The notes under the pieces were generated by a model. It worked only from the letters and a program-made list of their open reading frames with translations. It did not search any database and was not told the DNA's origin. A stretch of DNA of 64,000 bases from Polyangiales bacterium. GTDB lineage: Bacteria > Myxococcota_A > Polyangia > Polyangiales > Houyiibacteriaceae. Location of the stretch: contig JBGCFM010000157.1 in assembly GCA_045106895.1 (NCBI GenBank), positions 1 to 64,000 of the forward strand. Reading direction: 5' to 3'. This document shows positions 28,350 to 36,275 of this stretch, in pieces (the stretch's first letter is position 1; each line of letters begins with the position of its first letter). A program made the translations under genes and the position numbers.

Positions 28350-29543
28350 ATGGTCTGGAACATCGGGATCGTAGGCGCTGGGTTTGCGGGGGCGACCTGT
28401 GCGCTCTTTCTTCGCGAAGGTGGGCACGCGGTGACGGTCTACGAGGCGGTTGCGGAACCTCAGCCGGTGGGCGCCGGCATCCTCCTGCAGCCCACGGGTC
28501 AGGACGTGCTTCGACGCCTTGGACTCTACGACGACGTGGAAGCGCGTGGCGCGACGGTGGACGAGCTCAGCTGCGTGACGGGAGACCGACTTGTGTTTCG
28601 TTTGGGGTACGCCGATGGCGGTTCGCCCGCCGGACTCGGTCTCCACCGCGGCGTCCTCTTCGACGTGCTCTACAGAGCGCTTCGTCCCGCTGGCGTGGAT
28701 GTTCAGCTAGGCGTCGAGGTGGCCGACGTACGACATGGGTGCGTGTATGACGGCGAGGACACGAAGCGAGGTCAACACGACCTGGTCATCGTTGCCGATG
28801 GCGCACGTTCAACGGTTAGGGAACGGACCTTTGCCCAGATGCGCGACGAAGCGTACCCGTTTGGCGCTTTGTGGTTCGTCGCCGAAGACCCGGAGCGCCG
28901 TTTCCAAGGAAAGCTCCACCAACAGCTACGCGGCGCCGATGAGATGATCGGTTTCATGGCGACGGGGCTCGGCCCCACCGGGGACGTGCCGCTCGTGAGT
29001 TTCTTTTACAGCGTGGCGTCATCGCGCGTGGCGGCTCTTCGCAAAGCCGGCCTTGGCGCGTTCAAAGCCAGCGTCTTGGAGGTCGCGCCCCAGGCGGGTC
29101 CGATCTTGGCTCAGATTCACTCGATGGATTCTCTGCTCTTCGCGGGGTACCGAGATGTCGTTCTTTCCCGGCCTTACCGGGACCGCACGGTGTTCATCGG
29201 GGACGCGGGGCATGCCATGAGCCCACAGCTCGGCCAAGGCTCGAACCTCGCTCTTATCGACGCCGAAGAGCTTGCGCGTCATCTCAGCGAGCACACGGAT
29301 CTCGCCCACGCCCTCGACGCCTTCTGGCGGAGTCGCCGAGGCCACCAGCGCCTCTATCAGTTCGCCTCACGCTGGCTGACGCCTTTCTTTCAGTCGGACG
29401 CTCAGCTCCTCGGCCGGCTGCGGGACCTGACCTTTCCCCTCGCGACACGCTTTTCGCCACTTCGTCGGCGAATGATTCGTGTCCTAAGTGGTCGCGAAGC
29501 CGGCGTTTTGCGGCGCCCCTACCGTTTCAAAAACGGCGAATGA
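28350..29543 (+). CDS. FAD-dependent monooxygenase (UbiH/salicylate hydroxylase-like)
   Basis: IVGAGFAG, IVADGARS and FIGDAGHAMSPQLGQGSNLALID. Confidence 0.9.
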   Translation: MVWNIGIVGAGFAGATCALFLREGGHAVTVYEAVAEPQPVGAGILLQPTGQDVLRRLGLYDDVEARGATVDELSCVTGDRLVFRLGYADGGSPAGLGLHRGVLFDVLYRALRPAGVDVQLGVEVADVRHGCVYDGEDTKRGQHDLVIVADGARSTVRERTFAQMRDEAYPFGALWFVAEDPERRFQGKLHQQLRGADEMIGFMATGLGPTGDVPLVSFFYSVASSRVAALRKAGLGAFKASVLEVAPQAGPILAQIHSMDSLLFAGYRDVVLSRPYRDRTVFIGDAGHAMSPQLGQGSNLALIDAEELARHLSEHTDLAHALDAFWRSRRGHQRLYQFASRWLTPFFQSDAQLLGRLRDLTFPLATRFSPLRRRMIRVLSGREAGVLRRPYRFKNGE

Positions 29544-30790
29544 GCGAAGAGGCGCATTCCCTCAAACGTGTGGTCGGGCTGCCGGGAGCGGTGCTCCTCG
29601 GGCTCGGGTCCATCCTCGGAACGGGCGTCTTCGTAAGCATTGGTCTTGCCGCCGGCGTCACGGGCTCGTCGGTGCTCCTCGCGACGCTCATCGCCGGTGC
29701 CCTCGCCGCGTTCAACGGGCTCTCCAGCGCCCAACTCGCCGCGGCCCATCCTGTGAGCGGCGGCACGTATGAGTACGGGTATCGTTTTCTCACGCCAGCG
29801 TTAGGGTTCAGCGCAGGGTGGCTCTTCCTCTGCGCGAAGTCCGCGTCGGCGGCGACGGCGGCTCTCGGTGTCGTCAGCTATGCCCTCGGCGCTGCGTCCA
29901 TCGACGACGCGTATACACCCGCGCTCGCGCTCTGTTTGGTTGGCCTCGTCAGCGGGCTTGTGGCGAGCGGACTACGGCGTTCCAATCGCGTCAACGCGCT
30001 CTTGGTGTTCCTCACAATGGCGTCGCTTATGACCTTCGTTTTCGCCGGCGTTTCCGCGAACGACGCGTGGCCAATACTGGAGTTTCGCGCCGGCGAAGCG
30101 GGGCTCCTTGAGGCGAGCGCGCTGATGTTCGTCGCCTTTGCGGGCTACGGACGAATCGCGACGCTTGGCGAAGAAGTGAGCGAGCCGCGAAAGACCATCC
30201 CGCGCGCGATCATCGCGACCCTCGTCGTGAGCGCGGCGCTCTACGTCGCCGTCGCCATCGCCTACGTCGGCACGCCCGACGTCCCCAGTGGCGCGTCCCT
30301 CGAGGTGGTCGCCCGCAGCATGGGTTGGTCTGGGCTCCACCTTGTCGTCGCCGCCGGCGCGCTCCTGGCAATGTTAGGGGTATTGCTGAACCTCTTGCTT
30401 GGGCTGTCCCGCGTTACGCTCGCCATGGCTCGGCGCGGTGACCTTCCGGCGCCCCTTGGAAGTCTGAGCGAGGATGCTCAGCCACGAGCCGCGGTCTTCT
30501 TCGTCGGAGCGCTAGTCGCGCTCCTCGCGGCGATCGGCGATGTCCGCACGACGTGGTCCTTCAGCGCCTTCATGGTGCTCGTGTACTACGCGCTCACTAA
30601 CCTCGCCGCGCTGCGTCTGCCCCCGGAGCATCGTCTTTTTCCCCGTTGGATCTCCGGGCTCGGCTTCCTGGTGTGCGTAGGCCTAGCGTTTTGGGTGACG
30701 CCGGTGATCTGGGCCGTCGGCCTCGCGCTCTTGGCCACGGGTCTCGTACTTCGCGCCATCGGGCATCGTCTTCGAGCCCGGGCGACTTAG
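29540..30790 (+). CDS. APC family amino acid permease
   Basis: GSILGTGVF, HPVSGGTYEYG and FAGYGRIATLGEEV; about 12 TM helices; ATGA overlap. Confidence 0.9.
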   Translation: MSEEAHSLKRVVGLPGAVLLGLGSILGTGVFVSIGLAAGVTGSSVLLATLIAGALAAFNGLSSAQLAAAHPVSGGTYEYGYRFLTPALGFSAGWLFLCAKSASAATAALGVVSYALGAASIDDAYTPALALCLVGLVSGLVASGLRRSNRVNALLVFLTMASLMTFVFAGVSANDAWPILEFRAGEAGLLEASALMFVAFAGYGRIATLGEEVSEPRKTIPRAIIATLVVSAALYVAVAIAYVGTPDVPSGASLEVVARSMGWSGLHLVVAAGALLAMLGVLLNLLLGLSRVTLAMARRGDLPAPLGSLSEDAQPRAAVFFVGALVALLAAIGDVRTTWSFSAFMVLVYYALTNLAALRLPPEHRLFPRWISGLGFLVCVGLAFWVTPVIWAVGLALLATGLVLRAIGHRLRARAT

Positions 30791-31356
30791 TCGAGGGCGG
30801 GGCGGGTGCCGTTGGGCGAAGTCACCGCGTGGCTCAAACAGATCACGAGCACGAGAAGGGAGCGGTACACGTCGTCGAGTTGCTCCAGGTCTACCTCGCC
30901 GCCGCTCTGATCGAGCGCTTCGTGGACATGATGCTGAACGTAGGAGAGCACAGCGGGCTGACTCATCGCGAGGACATCGTCGCTGTCGAGAATCTCGCTC
31001 GGGTCGTCCGCGCGTAGCTCTTCGTCCACCGTGAGCATCGCGTTGGACACATCTATGGCGCTCTCGTCGACCTCATCGAGTCGCGTTGGGAACGCTTCGC
31101 GGAACGCCAGATAGACGGTGACCGTCAGAAAGTACCCGAGGCTTTGCACCAACTCATCGCTGCTGAGCGCGAGCTTCTCGGCCATCCACTGAGCGAGGGC
31201 GGGTTGCCGACGGTCGAGGTCTGCGTACCCGCGATCAAGGGCGTCCTGTAGGGCTGCGTCATCCTCTTCGAGGGTGGCCTCCACGGCTTCAATGATCTCG
31301 GAGTCGACGACGGCGTATGCCGGCACGGCTCTTAGCGCTGCCTTACGGAGGAACAC
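30787..31356 (-). CDS. Hypothetical acidic helical protein
   Basis: 189-aa ORF with a TAACGT hexamer 6 nt before the GTG. Confidence 0.7.
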   Translation of the reverse strand: MFLRKAALRAVPAYAVVDSEIIEAVEATLEEDDAALQDALDRGYADLDRRQPALAQWMAEKLALSSDELVQSLGYFLTVTVYLAFREAFPTRLDEVDESAIDVSNAMLTVDEELRADDPSEILDSDDVLAMSQPAVLSYVQHHVHEALDQSGGEVDLEQLDDVYRSLLVLVICLSHAVTSPNGTRPALD

Positions 31357-31394
31357 CCGGCGACGTTACAACGGCGCGGCGGCGTTCGCACTCG

Positions 31395-31799
31395 CTATTC
31401 GTCGTAGAAAAGCGGCTCGCGCGTGCCGACAAACTCACTGATGAGGGCCTTATCCTCTTCTGTGAGTTCAACGAACTGGACGCCCATTCCGGGAAACATC
31501 CCATCTTCCGCCATGATCGGGTCGCGCTGCCAGCGCACCACCCCCGTGAGTTTGAACTCGGCGCCACCTGGCAGGCCGAACTCGAGTTCGATGCGCGTGC
31601 CGATGGGCTGGAGATCGTAGGTGGCGACGAAGAGGCCACCTTCGGAGACGTCTTCGGTGAAGCCAGTGTAGAAGTTGGAGTCGCTGTAGACACCGACTTC
31701 AGTGGCGACGGATACACGTTCTGCAGTTCGTCGATTGGCCCCAGAGGCGTCTTCTTTCCTCGAGGGAAGGGGGGGAGGTCCCGGCTGAGCTTGTTCCAT
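31395..31799 (-). CDS. PilZ domain protein (TIGR02266-like)
   Basis: RRTAER (RxxxR), SNFYTGFTEDVSEGGLF and PGMGVQF. Confidence 0.85.
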   Translation of the reverse strand: MEQAQPGPPPLPSRKEDASGANRRTAERVSVATEVGVYSDSNFYTGFTEDVSEGGLFVATYDLQPIGTRIELEFGLPGGAEFKLTGVVRWQRDPIMAEDGMFPGMGVQFVELTEEDKALISEFVGTREPLFYDE

Positions 31800-31852
31800 G
31801 CAAACTGTGAACGGCTCTTGGGCGTAGCCCTGAAGGACAAACGCTCGTCGTT

Positions 31853-31888
31853 CGAAAAAAAAGCCGCCGGAGGGCAGCTTTGTTTTCG
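31853..31888 (-). terminator. Intrinsic terminator between the two PilZ genes
   Basis: Minus-strand GCTGCC-CTCC-GGCGGC followed by T8. Confidence 0.7.
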
Positions 31889-31890
31889 TT

Positions 31891-32664
31891 CTACTCGTCG
31901 AAGAACATCGGCGCGCGCTTCCGAATGAAGCGCAGGACAAGATCGCGGGACTCCGCGCTGAGCTTGTCAAACTGGATTCCCATGCCGGGGACCGAGTCCG
32001 AGCTAAGATCGAAGGGGTCACGTACGAATCGAATCCAGCCCTTGCAGCGAAACTCGAAACCGCCTGGGAGTGTCACGAGCGCGTTGACGCGGGTGCCGCG
32101 CGCCAGGACTTCGTAGGTGCTCAGGAAGACGCCGCCTTCACCGATCTCGCCGCTGAAGCCCACGTAGAAGTTGGACTCGGTGTTTGCGCCAATGTTCGCC
32201 TCCACCTCTTCCTCGGCGCCGCCTTCGGGCGCTGGTGGGGCTTCGATCTTCGCCGGCGCAATACTGCGAGGCTTCTTCGCCGGGGGGGGCGTGTCGTCTT
32301 TGATCGTATCCGATGCTGCGGGCGCCGGAGGCCGTCGCGAGGGCACGGTGGTCAGCGGGTACAGAGCGCTCATGGCTTTCGCCAAGGTCTCCGTGGCCAG
32401 CGCGACTCCATCGTGGGTGCTGCGCACATCCTGAAGCAGGGCCAAGGTCTGGGAAAGAGTCCCGAGGGCCTTCTTGACGCAGGACTTGCCGTCTAGCTCC
32501 GACGAAGCCTTCTCTGCTTCGAAGAGCGCACCGACGGATTGGGCGATGTTGGAGGCGACCGCCATCACGTCGTCGGGGATGTTGGAGTCTGCTTGGAGGG
32601 CTTCGAGAGCCTTGCCGAGGGATTCGCGGGATTCGCGGGCCGTGTCGGCGCCGGAGTAACTCAT
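31891..32664 (-). CDS. Helical domain plus degenerate PilZ (TIGR02266-like) protein
   Basis: SNFYVGFSGEIGEGGVF and PGMGIQF; no RxxxR. SD AAGGA. Confidence 0.78.
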   Translation of the reverse strand: MSYSGADTARESRESLGKALEALQADSNIPDDVMAVASNIAQSVGALFEAEKASSELDGKSCVKKALGTLSQTLALLQDVRSTHDGVALATETLAKAMSALYPLTTVPSRRPPAPAASDTIKDDTPPPAKKPRSIAPAKIEAPPAPEGGAEEEVEANIGANTESNFYVGFSGEIGEGGVFLSTYEVLARGTRVNALVTLPGGFEFRCKGWIRFVRDPFDLSSDSVPGMGIQFDKLSAESRDLVLRFIRKRAPMFFDE

Positions 32665-32731
32665 GGGGATTCCTTCACTAAGAAGCCACTTTCATAGCCG
32701 GGCGCGATGATACTCCGCACAGCGCCAAGGT

Positions 32732-33187
32732 CTAGCCAAGATCGCGTTCGTAGACCACACGGGCTCGTCCAGCGCCGGCATAGTGGGGCGCCACGGTGGC
32801 CCTGAAGCCGAGAGCCTCGTGAAAACGAAGAGCACCTTCGTGTCCAACGGGGGAAATCGCCTTGAGACTTCTTGCGCCGGCGGCCCTGCACTTTTCCTCA
32901 AAACGGGCGTACAGCCGCTGCCCGACACCGAGACGACGGTAGTCGGGGTGGATGCCAACGAGGTGGATATAGCCGAGGGGCGGGGACTTTGGGACGAGAA
33001 AACCCAGTAGAAACCCTGCCATTTTGCCGTCGTCTTCTGCAACGATGGCGTCGGATCCGAGCTCGTGGAAGAGATGGGGCGCGGCTCGCTGAGCGCCCGG
33101 TCCGCCCCACCAGCGGTCCATGACCGTGGATAGGTGGTCGAAGTCGCTCTTTGTCATGGGGCGTAAGGTGATCTCAAGGTCGGCCAC
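32732..33187 (-). CDS. GNAT family N-acetyltransferase
   Basis: YIHLVGIHPDYRRLGVGQRL and ALRFHEALGF. Confidence 0.88.
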   Translation of the reverse strand: MADLEITLRPMTKSDFDHLSTVMDRWWGGPGAQRAAPHLFHELGSDAIVAEDDGKMAGFLLGFLVPKSPPLGYIHLVGIHPDYRRLGVGQRLYARFEEKCRAAGARSLKAISPVGHEGALRFHEALGFRATVAPHYAGAGRARVVYERDLG

Positions 33188-33281
33188 AGGACATCGTACA
33201 ACGAAGCCGGCGAAATAGCAGTCCTCCGAAGCGCGGGAGGAAGAGTTCGCCGAATTCTCGTTCGTTTGGTAGGAAACAAGG

Positions 33282-33878
33282 GTGAGCGAGCCCCTCTTTT
33301 GTCCATTCTGTAACGAGTGCTTCGAGGAGGCTGCCCGCTGCCCGGACCACGACATCCCCCTCGTCGGTTTTGAGGAGCTTCAGAAGACCCGCGCGCGTTC
33401 GGCGCCCAGCAAAGAAGAAGCTGTTGAAGCCTACTCACCGCGCTTCGGCCGTATTTTTCTGATGGCGGCGGCTTTTCTCTGGCTTCTGGGGTTCTCACTC
33501 CCGTTCGTCGCCATCCCTGAGCGCGGCGCCGTGAGCGGTTTTGCGCTGGCCTCTGCCTCCGCTCTCAACCTCTGGATGGTGCCGGCGCTCTCCTTCGCCA
33601 TCTTCAGCATCCTTGTCCGCCGCCGCACGCCCGCGGCGATGCAGAGCGCCCGTTTGGCGGTGGCTGTGTTGGCTGGCGGTGTGGGGGCGAGCCTTGGATT
33701 CACGCTCTATCGTGTCTACAACACGACCCACCTGCTCGTGGAACGGGTGGGCCACACCATCGAAGTTGTGCCCCAGGCGGGGGTATTCGTCATCGGCCTA
33801 GGGGTCGCCATCGGGCTTGTCGGCGCACTTCGCTTCGGCGTTCTCAAAGACGCTCCGCCCACCTACCGCGTCGAGTAG
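33282..33878 (+). CDS. Membrane protein with an N-terminal Zn-ribbon-like motif
   Basis: CPFCNECF...CPDHD followed by about 4 TM helices. Confidence 0.65.
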   Translation: MSEPLFCPFCNECFEEAARCPDHDIPLVGFEELQKTRARSAPSKEEAVEAYSPRFGRIFLMAAAFLWLLGFSLPFVAIPERGAVSGFALASASALNLWMVPALSFAIFSILVRRRTPAAMQSARLAVAVLAGGVGASLGFTLYRVYNTTHLLVERVGHTIEVVPQAGVFVIGLGVAIGLVGALRFGVLKDAPPTYRVE

Positions 33879-33938
33879 CGTGCCGTCCGGCGCGATCCGT
33901 ATTTCTCCAGTCGTCGCGCGGATGCTAGGGTCTGCGCC

Positions 33939-34859
33939 GTGACGACCATCGTCGAACTCGAAAACGTAGAAAAACGCTACGGGGACCTCAAGGCCCTTGG
34001 TGTGGAATCGCTTGTGCTCGAAGAGGGCAGCATCGGTCTCCTGGGTCCGAACGGAGCAGGCAAGAGCACGCTCCTCAAGATCCTCCTGGGCCTCGTCGAA
34101 CATGACACCGGATCGGTCAAAGTGTTCGGCGAGGAGGTTCGTCGCGACCCCTTCGCTATCCGCGCACGCATTGGATATATGCCGGAGGGGGACGCTGTCA
34201 TGGCTGAGCTTACGGCCCTTGAGTACGCGGTTTTCGCGGCGGAACTATGCGGACTTCCCAAGGCAGAAGCGCAAGGGCGAGCTCATCAAGTTCTCCACTA
34301 CGTCGGCCTCGGCGAAGCGCGCTACCGGCGCCTCGGAAGTTACTCCACGGGCATGAAACAGCGCGCCCGCCTTGCCCAAGCCCTTGTTGGCGACCCGAAA
34401 CTTTTGCTCCTCGACGAGCCGACGAGTGGACTTGACCCGCGTGGCCGCGATGAAATGTTGGAGTTGATTCAGGACATCCCCACGCGAACCGGCGCGACGG
34501 TGATCCTCTCCACGCACATTCTTCCGGACGTCGAAAAGACCTGTGACCAGGTCGTCGTTCTTGCCGGCGGACAGTCGCTCTACGCGGGCCCCCTCGCGCC
34601 CCTCGTGGCTGTCGAGGCGGGCATCTTTGAGGTGCGCATCAAAGGGGATCCCGAGCCGTTTCGGAAGGCTCTCGAGCTCGAGCGCTGCCTCGTGAAGACT
34701 CGCGCAGCGGATCTCGAAGTTCGGCTTCCCGAAGGCACGACGCCTTCACTCATACTCAGCGTTGCGCGCACCGGGGGCTTTCAGGTTCGCCACATGGCGC
34801 CGCTGGTCATGACTTTGGAGCGCGCGTTCTTCAAGACCCTCGAAGACGCGGCGCCCTGA
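33939..34859 (+). CDS. ABC-2 type transporter ATP-binding protein
   Basis: GPNGAGKST, YSTGMKQR, LLLDEPTSGLD and LSTHIL. Confidence 0.92.
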   Translation: MTTIVELENVEKRYGDLKALGVESLVLEEGSIGLLGPNGAGKSTLLKILLGLVEHDTGSVKVFGEEVRRDPFAIRARIGYMPEGDAVMAELTALEYAVFAAELCGLPKAEAQGRAHQVLHYVGLGEARYRRLGSYSTGMKQRARLAQALVGDPKLLLLDEPTSGLDPRGRDEMLELIQDIPTRTGATVILSTHILPDVEKTCDQVVVLAGGQSLYAGPLAPLVAVEAGIFEVRIKGDPEPFRKALELERCLVKTRAADLEVRLPEGTTPSLILSVARTGGFQVRHMAPLVMTLERAFFKTLEDAAP

Positions 34860-34954
34860 GCGCGGCCTAATAGTGATGCGCCATAGTGTGAAACTATCGC
34901 GTTTATCGATTTCTTATATTGGGGCAATGGGTGTGACCAGGTCATCCTGACCTC

Positions 34955-35410
34955 ATGGCCCATCGATTCCTTCATACCCTCGTCTTCTCCAGCGTTCTGG
35001 CGCTCGAGGGGTGCTCCACCAGTCATTCTTCACAAGGGGACCTGCCAGACGGCGGGATGCCGGACGCGCCGAACCCCGACGCTTTCTTCGACGCCGGTCC
35101 ACGACCCTTCGATACTGGTCCGGCTCGCGTAGATGCGGGCCCGCCGCCTTTCGATGGGGGGTCCACGAATGTCGATTCCGGCGCGCCGGACGCTGGGCGT
35201 CCCACAGACCCGCGACTCTGCGAACCCGGATGGCAGACGACGAAGGCCTCGACCTGTCAGCCCATCGACATGAACGACCCCGACTCGCCGCTCATTTGTT
35301 ACTCGAGCTTCATTTGCGAGCCGGTGATGAACGACGCTGGCGAGCTCGTCGAAGAGTGCCGGGAATGGGAACCTGGAGACGGCGGCTGCATACTCCCGAG
35401 GTCTGAATAG
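34955..35410 (+). CDS. Small lipoprotein with a DAG-rich linker and a 6-Cys C-terminal domain
   Basis: Lipobox LEGC, PDAG/DGG repeats, and CEPGWQTTKASTC...C...C...C...C. Confidence 0.7.
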   Translation: MAHRFLHTLVFSSVLALEGCSTSHSSQGDLPDGGMPDAPNPDAFFDAGPRPFDTGPARVDAGPPPFDGGSTNVDSGAPDAGRPTDPRLCEPGWQTTKASTCQPIDMNDPDSPLICYSSFICEPVMNDAGELVEECREWEPGDGGCILPRSE

Positions 35411-36219
35411 TGCAGTATGTGTCGAGTCAGACGTCCGCGCGCATAAGCGCAGACGGACGGTGGGGAGGCCGCGTCACGCGGCGTGCCCTCCCAGCCATCG
35501 AGGTCCAGGGGCTCTCGCCGGAACTCCGCGCTCAGATGGCGGGCATCTGGCTGATGCAGGCGGCGACGGAAAGTCGCGTCGCTCGCTCGTTCGAGATCAT
35601 CGGTGACAGCTTGCGCTCCCTTGGCGCGGACGCCGGCATCATCCGACTCGCTGCCCGTGCCGTGGATGACGAACACCGCCACGCAGCGCTCTGCGAAGAA
35701 CTCGCCGGCGCTTACGCGGGTCAAGGTGTCGGGCCGCACGTGGAGCTTGCCCATCGATCGCCGGAGCATCGCGACGCGTCCGAAGCCCTTCGTCACGCGC
35801 TTTACGTTGTCGGCCAGTGCGCGCTCAACGAGACCTTCGCCAGCGCCTACCTCAGCGCGGCGCAGTTGGGCGCGACGCAACCCCTTGCCGCGGCAGCTCT
35901 CAAAGAGCTCACGAGCGACGAAATCGATCACGCGCGCGTCGGCTGGGCGTTTCTCACGGACATGCCCAAGGCGATGCGTCCGCTGATGAGCGATTGGCTC
36001 TTGCCTCTGACGGTGTGCAACCTGCGCGAATGGCGTGCGATCGAACTGCCCCCAGATGACTCTCTGGCGGCTCACGGCGTCCCGCCGCAGGACCTGGCGC
36101 GCCAGTACCTGAACGACGCGTTGACCGGTGTGCTGCTCCCGGGCTTTCGCCATGTCGGACTAGACACCCGTGCCCTCGAGTCGTGGGTTCGGTCCGGCGC
36201 GTCCACGAACGCGCCCTAG
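35410..36219 (+). CDS. Ferritin-like (ExxH) diiron protein
   Basis: ATE, DDEHRHAALC, NETFA and DEIDHARVGW give the E / ExxH / E / ExxH pattern. Start overlaps the upstream stop. Confidence 0.78.
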   Translation: MQYVSSQTSARISADGRWGGRVTRRALPAIEVQGLSPELRAQMAGIWLMQAATESRVARSFEIIGDSLRSLGADAGIIRLAARAVDDEHRHAALCEELAGAYAGQGVGPHVELAHRSPEHRDASEALRHALYVVGQCALNETFASAYLSAAQLGATQPLAAAALKELTSDEIDHARVGWAFLTDMPKAMRPLMSDWLLPLTVCNLREWRAIELPPDDSLAAHGVPPQDLARQYLNDALTGVLLPGFRHVGLDTRALESWVRSGASTNAP

Positions 36220-36275
36220 CGCCCCTTCGCCTCTCCAGCCTTGGCCGCGTCCGGCTTCAAAGGTAGGGTCCGAGG

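Noticed and set aside
35400..35420. Frameshift splitting a single lipoprotein-ferritin fusion gene
   Set aside because: No slippery or homopolymer site is visible, and the stop/start overlap fits translational coupling. It cannot be fully excluded without homologue alignments.
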